In this document: one piece after another, positions 25,301 to 38,100 of the stretch
Layout: every line of letters starts with the position of its first letter
How positions within the stretch are numbered: position 1 is the first letter of the stretch
NCBI GenBank assembly: GCA_964016885.1
Contig: OZ024741.1
Coordinates: 57,474,001 to 57,538,000 of the forward strand
Direction: 5' to 3'
From: Eledone cirrhosa
Taxonomy: Eukaryota
DNA length: 64,000 bases
Position numbers and translations under genes: made by a program
The notes under the pieces: generated by a model
Database searches by the model: none
The model's input: only the letters and a program-made list of their open reading frames with translations
What the model was told of the DNA's origin: nothing

Positions 25301-28300
25301 TTATAATTTTAATGTAAGAAGTTATGTTCTGAACATTAGCTTAATAATGAGAAAATCAGCAATATTACTAAACCCCTCTAAATTCTTATTTTCAACATCT
25401 GTCTCATTATTAAGTTAATGTTTGGAGCATAATCTAACAAAGGTTCTTACATAAAATTATGATGGAAGGATTTACATAAATATAAACTTCTCAAAATAAA
25501 CAGTTTTAAGCTGTTTGGTATTAAAAGGGTTAATGATAGGTTGTCCCTAGTAATATCATGTCACTATCTATCAGTGACAAGTGGCAGGATTTGAACTCAT
25601 AAAAGTAATATTAAAAAAAATTTAATAATTTAATAATTAACTATTAATAACCTGTAATGATTTAGTAGAATATGTGAAAACTGGTTTGTTAATTCAAATA
25701 TTTATAGTATCTTTACAAGTAGACAGATCATTGTGAAAATATGCAGCATTAGACTAAAGACTTTAATATTTAATGTGACACAGTCATATTATTGTTTTGA
25801 ACTTTTCAGGAATGTCTTGCCAATGTGCTTTCATGTGATACAGTATGTTAAGAGTTAAGATGAATAGAAGATAAAGATGAATAGAAGATAAATAAAATGA
25901 ACAAATATGAGTTACTAACCTATCAAACCATAGGAGATGAATTTGTTGACTGATGTGAGAGCAAGTCCTGTGATTGGACCTGTGGTATCCTCTGATCTTA
26001 TCACTCCAAGGAATGGACTTAAGAAAGTATTGGGTTCCAGATCTCCCAAATCTTAAAAAGAAAATGAAGAATTAGCAACAATTTTATATACAGTATTCTG
26101 TATATACATGTGTATATGTTGCACCATTTTTTGACAAAAACATGACATGAAATATCAGCAATAGACTAATCTATTGGACCTACAAAACCTCAATTAAAAT
26201 TATAGGGTACGTTGTAAAAGGTGTGATTTTTTCCAGTGCAAATTGAAGATGAGTATAAATGAGGGGGCTGAAATGTTAATAGGCTGACCATAAAGGAGTG
26301 ATGCTAGAGCTGTGAAATTTTGCAATTAATTTCAACTTTTCTTATAAGTACATTGTTTCTTTTCAAGTAAACTAACTTCAAAAAAGACTTCAAAAATAAC
26401 TAGTAGCAATTTCTCTTGAAAATGGACAACATTTGGCATCATGGTGTTATCAAATAACTGCAGAAAAAAGGTTTACCACTAAGGACATTTATGCTGATAT
26501 TGTTGCTACATTAGGGGATGATGCTCCAGCTTTATCAATGCAAAAGTGGGCAGCTGAATTTAAGAGACGAAGGGAGAATCTTGAAGATGACCCAAGGTCA
26601 GGATGTCCTGCAAGTTCCATGACCGAGGAAAATATTGATTGGGTTTACTACATCATGAATCAAATAGCCAATGCTATAAGCATACCGTGTGAGAGAGTTG
26701 AGAATATTCTGCACAATGATCTTGGAACGACGAAGATTTCTGCTTGGTGGGTGCCACATCATGGGAAAATCTGACATTGTTTGAGGCAGATCCAGCTGGT
26801 TTCCTTGAACGTTTCCTAACTCAGGATGAGTGTCAGGTTCATCACTTCGAGCCAGAGACAAAGAGACAATCCATGCAGTGGAAACACCCCTCCTCACCTG
26901 CTTCAAAGAAGACCAAAAACACTTGGCTGGGAACTAGTATCGCAGTGATGATAACGTCATATTTGCTGTTGATGACTTTTTTGAACAACAGAATGAAAGT
27001 TTCTTCATCAAGCACTACAACACTGATGGAAGAAGTGTGTGGACCCCAACGGGGACTATGTTGAAAAATAAACCTCATTTGGTCACATTCCATGAGAGTA
27101 TCTTGGTCAGCCTATGAACTTTTCTGCTGACCCTCGTACAGTAATCTGATGTTTGTCGACCTTGAGAAAGCCTTTGACAGAGTTCCACGTGCTGTAATCT
27201 GGTGGGCTCTTAGAAAACTAGGAGTAGATGAATGGCTTGTGAAAGCGGTACAAGTCATGTATAGGGGAGCAGTCAGCAAAGTTAGGATTAGCAATGAGTA
27301 TAGCGAGGAATTTAGTGTACAGGTTGGGGTCCACCAGAGCTCTGTTCTTAGCCCCCTCCTGTTCCTCATAGTCCTGCAGGCAATAACGGAGGAGTTTAAG
27401 ACCGGATGCCCATGGGAACTCCTGTATGCTGATGACCTCGCACTTATAGCTGAATCTATGGTAGAACTAGAGAAGAAATTCCAAACTTGGAAGCAGGGAC
27501 TAGAAAGAAAGGGTCTCAAAGTCAACTTGACAAAGACTAAGGTCCTTGTACGTAGACGAGAAAACAGAACCCAGATCCCCTCAGGGAAATGGCCTTGCTC
27601 AGTATGTAGGTAGGAACTCCAATCTCTGCCCCAAATGCAAACAATGGGTACACAAGAGATGTAGCGGGATCTCAGGAAGCTTAATTAAGAATGTAGGCTT
27701 CACATGCAGCAGCTGTGCTGGGACAGCAAGCAGCCACAGGAAACAAGTACCACCAATCTCTGGGAGGGCTCTGTAGAAACAGTAGACAGCTTCTGCTACC
27801 TAGGTGACCGAATTAGCAGCGGAGGTGGGTGTTTAGAAAGTACAATAACTAGGGTAAGAACGGGATGGAAGAAGTTTAGGGAACTACTACCACTGCTAGC
27901 TGCAAAAGGCTTCTCCCTCAGAATAAAAGGCAGACTGTATGATGCGTGTATCCGAAAAGCGATGTTGCATAGTAGTGAGACCTGGGCGCTGAAGGTGGAA
28001 GACTTACGTAGATTAGAGAGAAACGAAGCCTCCAAGCTCTGATGGATGTGTAATAGTAATATATGCGAACGACAAAGCATAAACGAATTGAGAGAGAGAC
28101 TGAGCATAAGATGAAACAAATGGTGTGTGCAGGAGAGGCGGTTGCGTTGGTATGGACATGTGATGTGTATGAAGGATGACAGCTGCATAAAAAGGTGCAG
28201 AGCACTAGAAGTTGATGGAAACCGCGGAGTGGGGAGACCCAAGATGACCTGGGATGAGGTGATAAAAGCCGACCTTACCCAATTACACCTCTCAAAGGCG

Positions 28301-30175
28301 ATGACACACGACCGTGACCTCTGGCGTCATGCAGTAATACAGAGTACCCGACCTCCCATGGGTACAAGCTGAAGCATATAGACAATATGCCCCCCCCCCC
28401 CCCCCCCCCCCCCCGCAAGGTGGTCGTGGAGGTGCCACGGCAAAAAAGCACCCAGCCCACACTGTAAAGTGGACGTGTAGGCGCCACGAAAAAGCACCCA
28501 GCACTCACTGTAAATGAGGTTGGTGTTAGGAAGGGCATCCAGCTGTAGAAATTAAGCCAAATCAGTTCCTGTATGAGCAAGGCATGGTCAGCCGACCAGA
28601 CACTGCCCACAACAGGACAACCCGTCTAACCCATGCTAGCGTGGAAGAACGGACGTAAAACGGTGATGATGATGATGATGATGATGATAGACAATCCAAA
28701 CATATCCCTTACATAGAATGTTCATATAATCAAGTGTTGTTGTTGTTGATTAGCCCAGTCTCAACCCTAATTAAGTAGACTTATGATCAAATGCAGTTCA
28801 GTCATTACCTTCCCATATTTTACAAAGTATCTTGGATGACATTATTAAAGCGTAGGTGAATTGGCAGTATCGGTAGAGGGTCGGACACCATGCTTTCCAG
28901 CATAGTTACGTTTCTTTACGGTCTGAGTTCAAATCTCGTCGAGGTTAACTTTACCTTCCATCCTTACGGGGTCGATAAAATAAAGTACCAGTAATGCACT
29001 GGATAATTGCTGGCCTTGTGCCAAAAGTAGAAACAATTATTTAAAGTGACTTTGTTTTTTTTTAATGGAAGAGTGTAATTTGAGGGAGCTATGACTACAA
29101 CCATATAGAGAACCCCTTGTTGCTTGTGCTATCAACTCCACCACCATCACAATTACCACTACCACCACGCCACCAGTAGCATCTCATCACTTCCATCCCC
29201 CCACTCCCAGCACCACCACCACCACTACTACCCCATTTAATCATTCCATAGCTTGACAAACTGGCTTTGAATTAATGAATCACTTAGTAAATAAACAGAA
29301 ATGTAGGCTTGCCAGTCTCAGAATAAATATACAGTTGACTTTCAGTTTATATTTTGGCTGCTAATGTCATATTTTCACATGTCCATGGGCAAAAGCATTG
29401 TTTAACTCTTTCATTACTGTATTTCTAATGACATACACTTTATTTTAATTAATTGGTGATTGTTTCTGAAAGATTTACTAAGATCATTAATCATTTCATT
29501 AAGATAGATTTCTAACAAATGTTTTGGGCATTTAACCTTGGTAGAAGACCAGCCATATCTAGGTGAGAACAAAACTTATTCCTCTAGATCAAAGGTTCTC
29601 AACGGTGGTTGGGGGAGCCCCAGGGTTTTTTTTGGAACAGGGAGGAGGGGGGCGGGGGGCACTGGAAGGCTATTTACTTAGGTAAGTTTTATAAGCCATA
29701 TTTGTATGTCTCTAAGACAGCCAGTGTGAATGCATTTGAATGAAGAAAACGAAAATAAATAAAAGAAGCTTGTCAACGAATTCCCTAGGGAGATAAAAGA
29801 AAAATGAAAGAAATCAAAGAAAATGAAAATAAGAACTTCAACAACAGTTACAAGAACAACAGAAACAACAAGAAAAAGAAGCAATGGTGATGAAATGTGT
29901 GGGTGTATACATATACATACATTCAATCATACACACACATGCATACATTCATACATACATACACATATATACACACAGGCCAGCGTTGGTGTTTGATGAG
30001 GTTGAGAACCTGGTTAGCTTTCAGCCAGAGCTGTGGTATTTAATCTCCCTAGGTAATAAAATCTGGAGACAAAATTTTCTCCTTACAAAAAAAACCCATA
30101 AATCATGTCAACATCCTTACACACTTAGGTAAATGTATGTATGCATATATGTATGTAGATTTATATATATATATT

Positions 30176-30210
<35 letters not shown>

Positions 30211-32086
30211 CAGATTAGAGCAAACATCACTGACGCTCTATCTCAAAATTATTTTTGAAAAGCATTAGAAATGCGCAACCGGTAAAACTTAAAACCAAAA
30301 CTGAATACTAACCAATACTATTACTAATTCTCACTTATTCCTAATTAAACTATTTTTCACTGTGAACAATTTGTCACCATTTTCTTTTCCGTTTACCAAT
30401 ATATATATATATATATTTTTTTTTTTTTCAGTCTGGTCTACCTATGGATAGAACTCAATGTAATCTTGTAAAATCCATAGAGAAGTTCTGTGTTTCGCTG
30501 AATTAATTCTTTAGATACAGAGTCAAATATTAGGTATTAAATTAACAATAAAAATAAAAACAACAAAGTAAAAACAAAGTTATAAAGTAACTCGACTTTG
30601 TTCTTTTTATTTTCATTGTTAATTTGATAACACACACACACACATATATATGCGCAGTGTGACAAGAAGCTTGCATCCCAACCACATGTTTCCGGATTCA
30701 GTCCCACTGTCCGGGCCGACCAAAGCCTTGTGAGTAGATTTGATAGACCGAAACTAAAAGAAGCCCGTCGTATATATGTATATATGTCTGTGTATGTCTT
30801 TGCGTTTGCGCTCCCACCAATGCTTGTTGGTTTGTTGATGTCCCCATAACTAACCAAGGTGATGCTCCAGCATGGGCGTAGTAGTCTAGGGACAGAAAAA
30901 AAGTAAAGTGTATATATATATATATATATATATAAATTCTGACCTCACACACTTACACCTCTCCAAGACAATGTCACTGGACCGAGATCTTTGGCGCTAC
31001 GCAGTAATACAGAAGACCCGCCTTGCCTAAGTACAAAGCGAAACCTACAGTCAGTAGGCACCACAAAAATACACCCCCGTCCCACTACCCACACCCCATC
31101 CACACCACCCCTTTCGATGTAAAGTTATGTTGGTACCACAACCTCCAGTCCTAAATAAATGAGGTCATGTAGGTGTCACGACAAAAAACACACAGTCCAC
31201 GCTGTAATGTGGCCGTGTAGGTCCACACTGTAAACGTAGTTGGTGTTAGGAAGGGCATCTAGCCGTAGAAAACCCGCCAGACAGTCCTATACGAGCAAGA
31301 CAACCAATCTTGCCTCAAGTGGGAAAATTCCCGTCCAAACCCATGCTAGCGTGGAAGATGGACATTAAACGATGATGATGATATGTGTGTGTAGAAGTGG
31401 GGTCTCAAACTGAAGGACATAAAAGGGCCATTACGTCCTGGAGGAGAGGCACAGTGGGCCAAACGTGGTGGTGGATGATGATTTTCACCAGTTATAATCA
31501 TTTCTACTATAGGCACAAGGCATGAAATTTAGGGTTTAGGGTCCCGTCAATTACATCGATCCCAGTTCACAACTGGTACTTAATTTATCGACCCCAAAAG
31601 GATGAAAGGCAAATTTGAGATCGGCGGAATTTGAACTCGGAATGTAAAAACGGAAGAAGTACCGTTAAGCATTTCGCCAGCTTACCGCCTTATTTTCACC
31701 AGTTATAATGGAATCTGAAATATTAGTTCTACCACGGGCCATAGTAGTTCACAGGCCGCATGTTTGAGCCCCCTGTTGGAGAGATAGATAGATAGATAGA
31801 TAGATAAACGTGTACCAAACACACACACACATTTCTTACTCTCTGTCTCTCCCTCTTTCTCCCCCCCCCTCCCTCTCTCTCTCTATATATACACACACAC
31901 ACACTCACACACACATTATATATATATATATATATACACGTATACATATATATATATGGCGTTGTTGCAAAGAGCAGTGGCCTTTGACTCGGCAATAAAA
32001 ACTGGAGACAAAATTCTTTCTGTACCAAAAACAAGGCACACACAGACACACACAAGTTTGTTTGTGCGTGCGTGTGTGTATCTATC

Positions 32087-32133
<47 letters not shown>

Positions 32134-35100
32134 GATACAGATATTGTTTGTTCACTGTCACCAAGCATCTCAATTCATTCGTTGCAACTTAGTTTGTGAT
32201 CGAGGGACTTTATTTTGCAAGGTGCTATTTTTCCCTTGAGTTTGTGATTCAAGAGAAAGGTAAGAATTTCTTCATATTTTGCATCTTTTGTATTTTGACT
32301 TTACAGTTTGAATTGTAGAATTCACTCAAAATATTACAACAGCTAACAGTGAAATATAGAATTTAGAAAAAAAAAGCTTTTTCGACTGAGATCAAATCTT
32401 TGAGAACATTCATGTCTTTTTTTTTTAAATATATAATTTAAAATAGCTTGCTTCTGTTTTGGACTGAAACTTTTTTGTATTTAATTCGTGCAAGTATTTT
32501 TTAAAGATCTTTTTAAAGATTCTAACATAACTTGATTTGGCCCAGTAATCTACTGATATTAAAATCAGTAATATATTGAAAAATGGAAAAATAGGGTAGG
32601 TGGCGTTTCGTGATTTTGAGGGGCAAAAGGGGGGGGCGTTTGGCCGAAATGGGTTGAGAACCTTTGCTCTAGATGAAGATGAAACAGAGGAAATGATAAA
32701 ATAATATAGAGAAAAACTTGACCCTAGTGCTGGACTGATGCCTTATTTAGTGCCCTTGAAAGGATGAAAAGCAAGTTGATCATAGCAGAATTTGAACCCA
32801 GAGCACAGACAACCAGAAGGAATACTGTGAAGCATTCTAACTAATGTTCCGACTCTCCCAATTCACAGAAAAATTCACACTGCAAATTATATAATTATAT
32901 TGTAAAGAAAGTACTGTCCAGCACAAAAGACTTACCTCCCACTGAGTTAAGTACATCTTTCAGTTGAGAAAAGCTGCTTAATATGGGGTCAGCATCATCA
33001 TCCTATTGTTGGAGAATAAAAAATTTTAAATAAATAATTTTATAATTTAATAATTAAATGATAAATGTTAATAATTTAAAAATGTATAAAACAGAGCAAA
33101 TTTACAGAAACACAGTCTATAATTTTCACAACATTTTGAAAATCATCAAGAATTTAGAAGTATTTAATAATATAACTAATTTCCTGATTATTTAGCTGGT
33201 GTTTGGAACATAACATAATAAAGGTTCTTATATTAAAATATGATGGAAGGTTTTTTAGATAAATATAAACACTTTAAAATAACCAGTTTTGTATCGCAGG
33301 CACAGGTGGTTTGGTGTCAAAAGGGTTAACCTATTTTTGTACAGAAAGCAATCAAAGGTAAGGCATTAAGTCAAAATTCTATGTAAATGAAGGGCTAAAA
33401 TATTTTGGCTTTGGAGGTGAATATAACACTGGTTTCATTTTCTACATGAAATTTGTATTTGCTATTGTTTTTGATGTTTTGAATGAATATGGCTTCCCAA
33501 ACAGTCAGAAATTGGTAAAAGATAATTATGTAATGGAGTTGTGAAGCAAAAACTATACTCTAAATGACATTTAAAACCTTTTAAATAGAACAATTTCATG
33601 AGAATTTCAAAACTGCACCATCTAAACAATGTGTTGATTACCTGCCTCAGCTTATAAATCGAGTTTGGTTTTTTGCCCATAAAATAGGAGTCAGCTTATA
33701 TTCGAGTATATATGGTAATTGCTGTTGTTGTTTAACCTCAAGTCAGATGAAGGTGCATGGCCTAATGGTTAGGGTGTTGAACTTATAATCATAAGGTCAT
33801 GGGTTTATTTCCTGGACTGGGTGGTGCATTGTGTCCTTGAGAAAGATGCTTTATTTCAAATTGCATTTCAGGATAGGACTGCATCTCTTATTGAAATACC
33901 CAAGAAACCTCCTACGAGTTGCAAATTTGTAGAAGACCAACTAAAACTTCAAAAGCATGAGCTGTAAATTTCATTTTTCCCACTAGATTAGCCATGACTG
34001 TGTAGGCCCAAGATCAACAACATGTCATAGCATATCTACCAACTATTGCTCCATTGCACTCACTTCATTAGCACAACCATTCACTACCAAAAACTTCTTC
34101 GACCATGCACAGCTCAGTGTAGCTACTCTTGCCTCACTCTCATAAATACACATGCAGCATACATACACCTTTCCTTAGTAAGAGTAATATCTATTATTTG
34201 TGACACACTAAGAGAGAGAAGGGGGGGGAGAGAAAATGATAGAGTGGGCAAAGTGGGAAGGTTGGAACTGATTTTGATTAAAAAAATAATAAAGTGAAAC
34301 ATGCTTGTTTTTTTTTGTTTTTTTCCCAATCAATAGAGAAAAAAAATGAATTGATCATGTAAACATAATGACATGAAGTTCTTTAGAAACAATATCAATA
34401 ATACCACAATGAGCTTTTAAAGTGTTGTCAATCAATCAATAAGATCTAAAACTGATCAGCTATCTAAAGAGCTTCATTGATTCTATGGCTATTTCTTTGT
34501 TTTATTATTATTTTCTATATTATTATGGTTTATATTGATGAGAACAGAGAAGATGTAGAGAGGAGACAGCTAAAGTAAATATGTTTAATAGAGTATGTAG
34601 TAGTAAAGTAAATACTTTGGTAGCATCAAGAGTGTAGCTACTTCTATATGAAGTCAGTAGACTAAGTATTCTGTAAAAGAAGAAATAAAAACAATAATGG
34701 TTTCTCATTTTGACACAAGGCCAGCAATTTTTAAGGGTGAGGGGAAAGTTGATTATATCAATTCCAGTTCTGGACTAGTACTTTATTGACCTCAGAGAGA
34801 TGAAAAGCGAAGTTGACCTCAGCATGATTTAAATACAAAACAAGGAGCAAGAAGAAATACTGATAAGCATTTGTTCGAAGCTCTAATGACTGCCAATTCA
34901 CCACCCTTAGAGAAATAATAATAAATATGTTAGGAAGGAAAAGAGACTGTAGTCTACTTTGTAACAGTGTAAGGACCTAGCACAGAAATGGTAAAAAAAG
35001 CTGGAAGTATAACATTGGATCAACTATACACTGGCAGTTGTGTAAAATACAGAGAAACATCAGTAAAGTGGTATGAACATGAGTTATATACTGGCAGTTG

Positions 35101-38100
35101 TGTAAAATAACACAGAACAGAAACACCAGCAAAGTGGAGTGCACACAGATCAGCAAAAGTTGTTGAAAATGAAGGAGTAAAGATATTATGGGACATGAAA
35201 ATACAGAAAGACAAAAAAACTGGAATATTCAAGACCAGATTTCATTGCACTAAAGAAAGATATAACTTGGTATACATGTAGCATGCTCATTCAACACCAG
35301 AGTGAAAGAAACTGAAAACAAGAAGATAGATAAATACTAGGATCTAAAGTAGGAACTAAAGAGGTTATGGAACTGCAGAAAGGTAACAGCCATTCCTGTT
35401 ATAATAGGATCACGGGAGTACAGTGTCTGTTAAAATATAGGATCACTAAGTATAGTGTCTGTTACAATAGGATTACTAGGTACAGTGTCAGAAAATATCA
35501 CCAAATGACTTTCTATGACGTCCTGTACCACATGGAACCACATGAGCAAGATATTCTTAAAAAGTACAAACAGCACTATGACAGCATCTCATTAAATACT
35601 GCAAATTTTCAGTGCTGATGATATACATGAAAAAGATAGAATGGTCATGGCAGGATTGTCTTTTACCAAAAGGTCAACTCAATTAGGATCTGTGTTGTGT
35701 TCAACAATAACAACAATCAACACAGACAAGAATACATTATTGTTTAGCTCCAGATCAGACCTATAATCCAATCATTTTGTTATCAGGCATAGTTTATCTA
35801 GGGTTATATTGTCTAATGTGGTACCACATGAAACTGCATTAGCTAGACATTTTTGAAAAGTACAAAACAGCACTTTGACAGCATCACATTAAAAATAACG
35901 ATCTGACCACTAATAAAGATACTATAAACATTTGAATTAATAAACGACATGAAGCTACATTAGTAAAACAATCTTAAAAAGTATAAAAGAGCACTATGAC
36001 TTAAGAAATATAAAACTACAATGATTGCATTCTGTTCATCAGTAAAGCTACTATAAACATTTGAATTAACAAGCAGCTTTTATATATTTTCAGTTAAATC
36101 ATTACAGGATGTTAAAAGTTAACAGAGATTTGGCTGCTATTGTTGTTTGGTTCAAGATCAGTTTTGAATAATAAATATCAGGATCTAAAGTAGGATGATA
36201 AATACCACAATTTATGATGAAAGTCATTCTAGCCATAAATATCCCAAATCTGTTTTCATAAAGTGTGTAATAGGAACCTTATTATCTCATGTGTCATTCA
36301 CCTTTTAATGCTTTTGATACCAAACTAAACTGAAACCAATCCTGGGTCTAAGATACAAAACTACTTATGTTAAAGTGCTTTTATTTTGAAAATTTAGGCA
36401 GTGTTTTTCATTAGAAATATGGTAATGAAAGAGTTAGTGTTTATCATTATCATATCCCGCTGAGGTTGACTTTGCCTTTCATCCTTACGGGGTCGATAAA
36501 ATAAAGTACCAGTAATGCACTGGGTAATTGCTGGCCTTGTGCCAAAAAGTAGAAACAATTATCATTTAACGTCCATTTTCCATGCTAGCATGGGTTAGAT
36601 GGCTTGCCCCATTGTGAGACAAGCCAGTCTCTTGTATCACCCACATGTTTATGTTTATATTTATCTAAATGCCTTCCATCATAATTTTATGGAAGAATCA
36701 TTGTTAAGATATGTTCCAAACACTATTTTAATCACTCAAAATTCTTAATTATTTTCAAAATGATATGGAAATTATAGGCGGTGTCTTTAAGAGAGTATGG
36801 TGTGGTTTATGAGAAAGATTTAGTTGAGTGATTAGATAAAAGTACATATGCTGTCAGAATGGATATCTGGCATTGGTGAAAAAGTGAGAGTTTGGCTGTA
36901 ACAGTGCTGAGAGAGTGAAAGTCTAAGTACAACAGAAGTGAGAGGGTGAGAATATCAGTTTTCAACTATTAACATGTGGAGAAAAGCTGTGTAATAGCAA
37001 CACTTAGTCATCTTATAACAGTAGTTCTCAGAGTTGCAGATCACATTCCTTCTCTTGAGATCTCTGATCCCAGCTTTCCTCAATTACTCCCTCTATTTTA
37101 AATTGCAATCTATTAAATATTTTATTTATTGCAGGCTTGGCCATGAGATTAAAGAATTTGCTTCACAAACATGTGGTTTAAGGTTTTTACTAAATCTATT
37201 TATACAAGAAAAAAGTTTAATCCTTTCATTACCATACCTCTAGTGTGCCAATGGTTTCGAAATAATTTTGAAAATAATTAAGAATCTTAAATGTAGCAAT
37301 ATAACTTTCTCATTATTAAGCAGGTATTTGGAACATAAAAGTTCTTACTTATGATAAAGCATTTTAGATAAATATAGACACTTTAAAACAGTTTTGTATC
37401 ATAGAACTAGGGGAATTTCAGGTGGTTTGGTATCAATAAGCATAAGTAGTTGAGTATTCAACAGATACTTGCACCCTTAACCCTCTTGATATCAACCAAC
37501 CCAAGGTCACACATTATTCTATGATACAAAACAGCACATTTTTAAATGTTTATATTTAAATCTAGGCTTTCCATTATAATCTTATGAAAAAACCTTTTGT
37601 TATGCTCTAAATACCAACTTAATTGAAACACATACAGATTATTTCATTAGTAATATGGTCACAAAAGGGTAAACCCTTTTGATATCAAACCACATAAAAT
37701 TTCCCTGCATTTCTGATACAAAACTGATCCTTTTAAAATGTTTTTACTTATATTAAATCCTTCCAGCAAAATTTTATTTAGAGAGAGCAAGCGCCACAAC
37801 AGAATTGCCCTCTTCCCATTTGAAGGAGGTACATCCCTCATCTGGTATGCCACATGTTGCGATACATTCTCTGTCTCCAGCTTAGTTGCTTTTGCCACAA
37901 ACCCCAGTACTGCAACCCACAATGTAGAGGACAGGAAAACAAGCAAATACTGAGGCTTGTCCGGCTGCTTCCTCTTTTTACCGGTTGCTGATGAGATCTC
38001 AGGCACCCTCAGACCCCGTACTGCTGAGCTCCTCAGCAAAATTGGAATGTCAACAGCCCATCTGAGGAAGGAGCCCCGCAAAGTGGAGTGGCTGTTGCAG

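Noticed and set aside
32140-32250. Possible hAT transposase C-terminal remnant inside the 3.1-kb element
   Set aside because: Only a vague resemblance to the TYLCE.GFS motif, with stops and shifts; not supportable without alignment.
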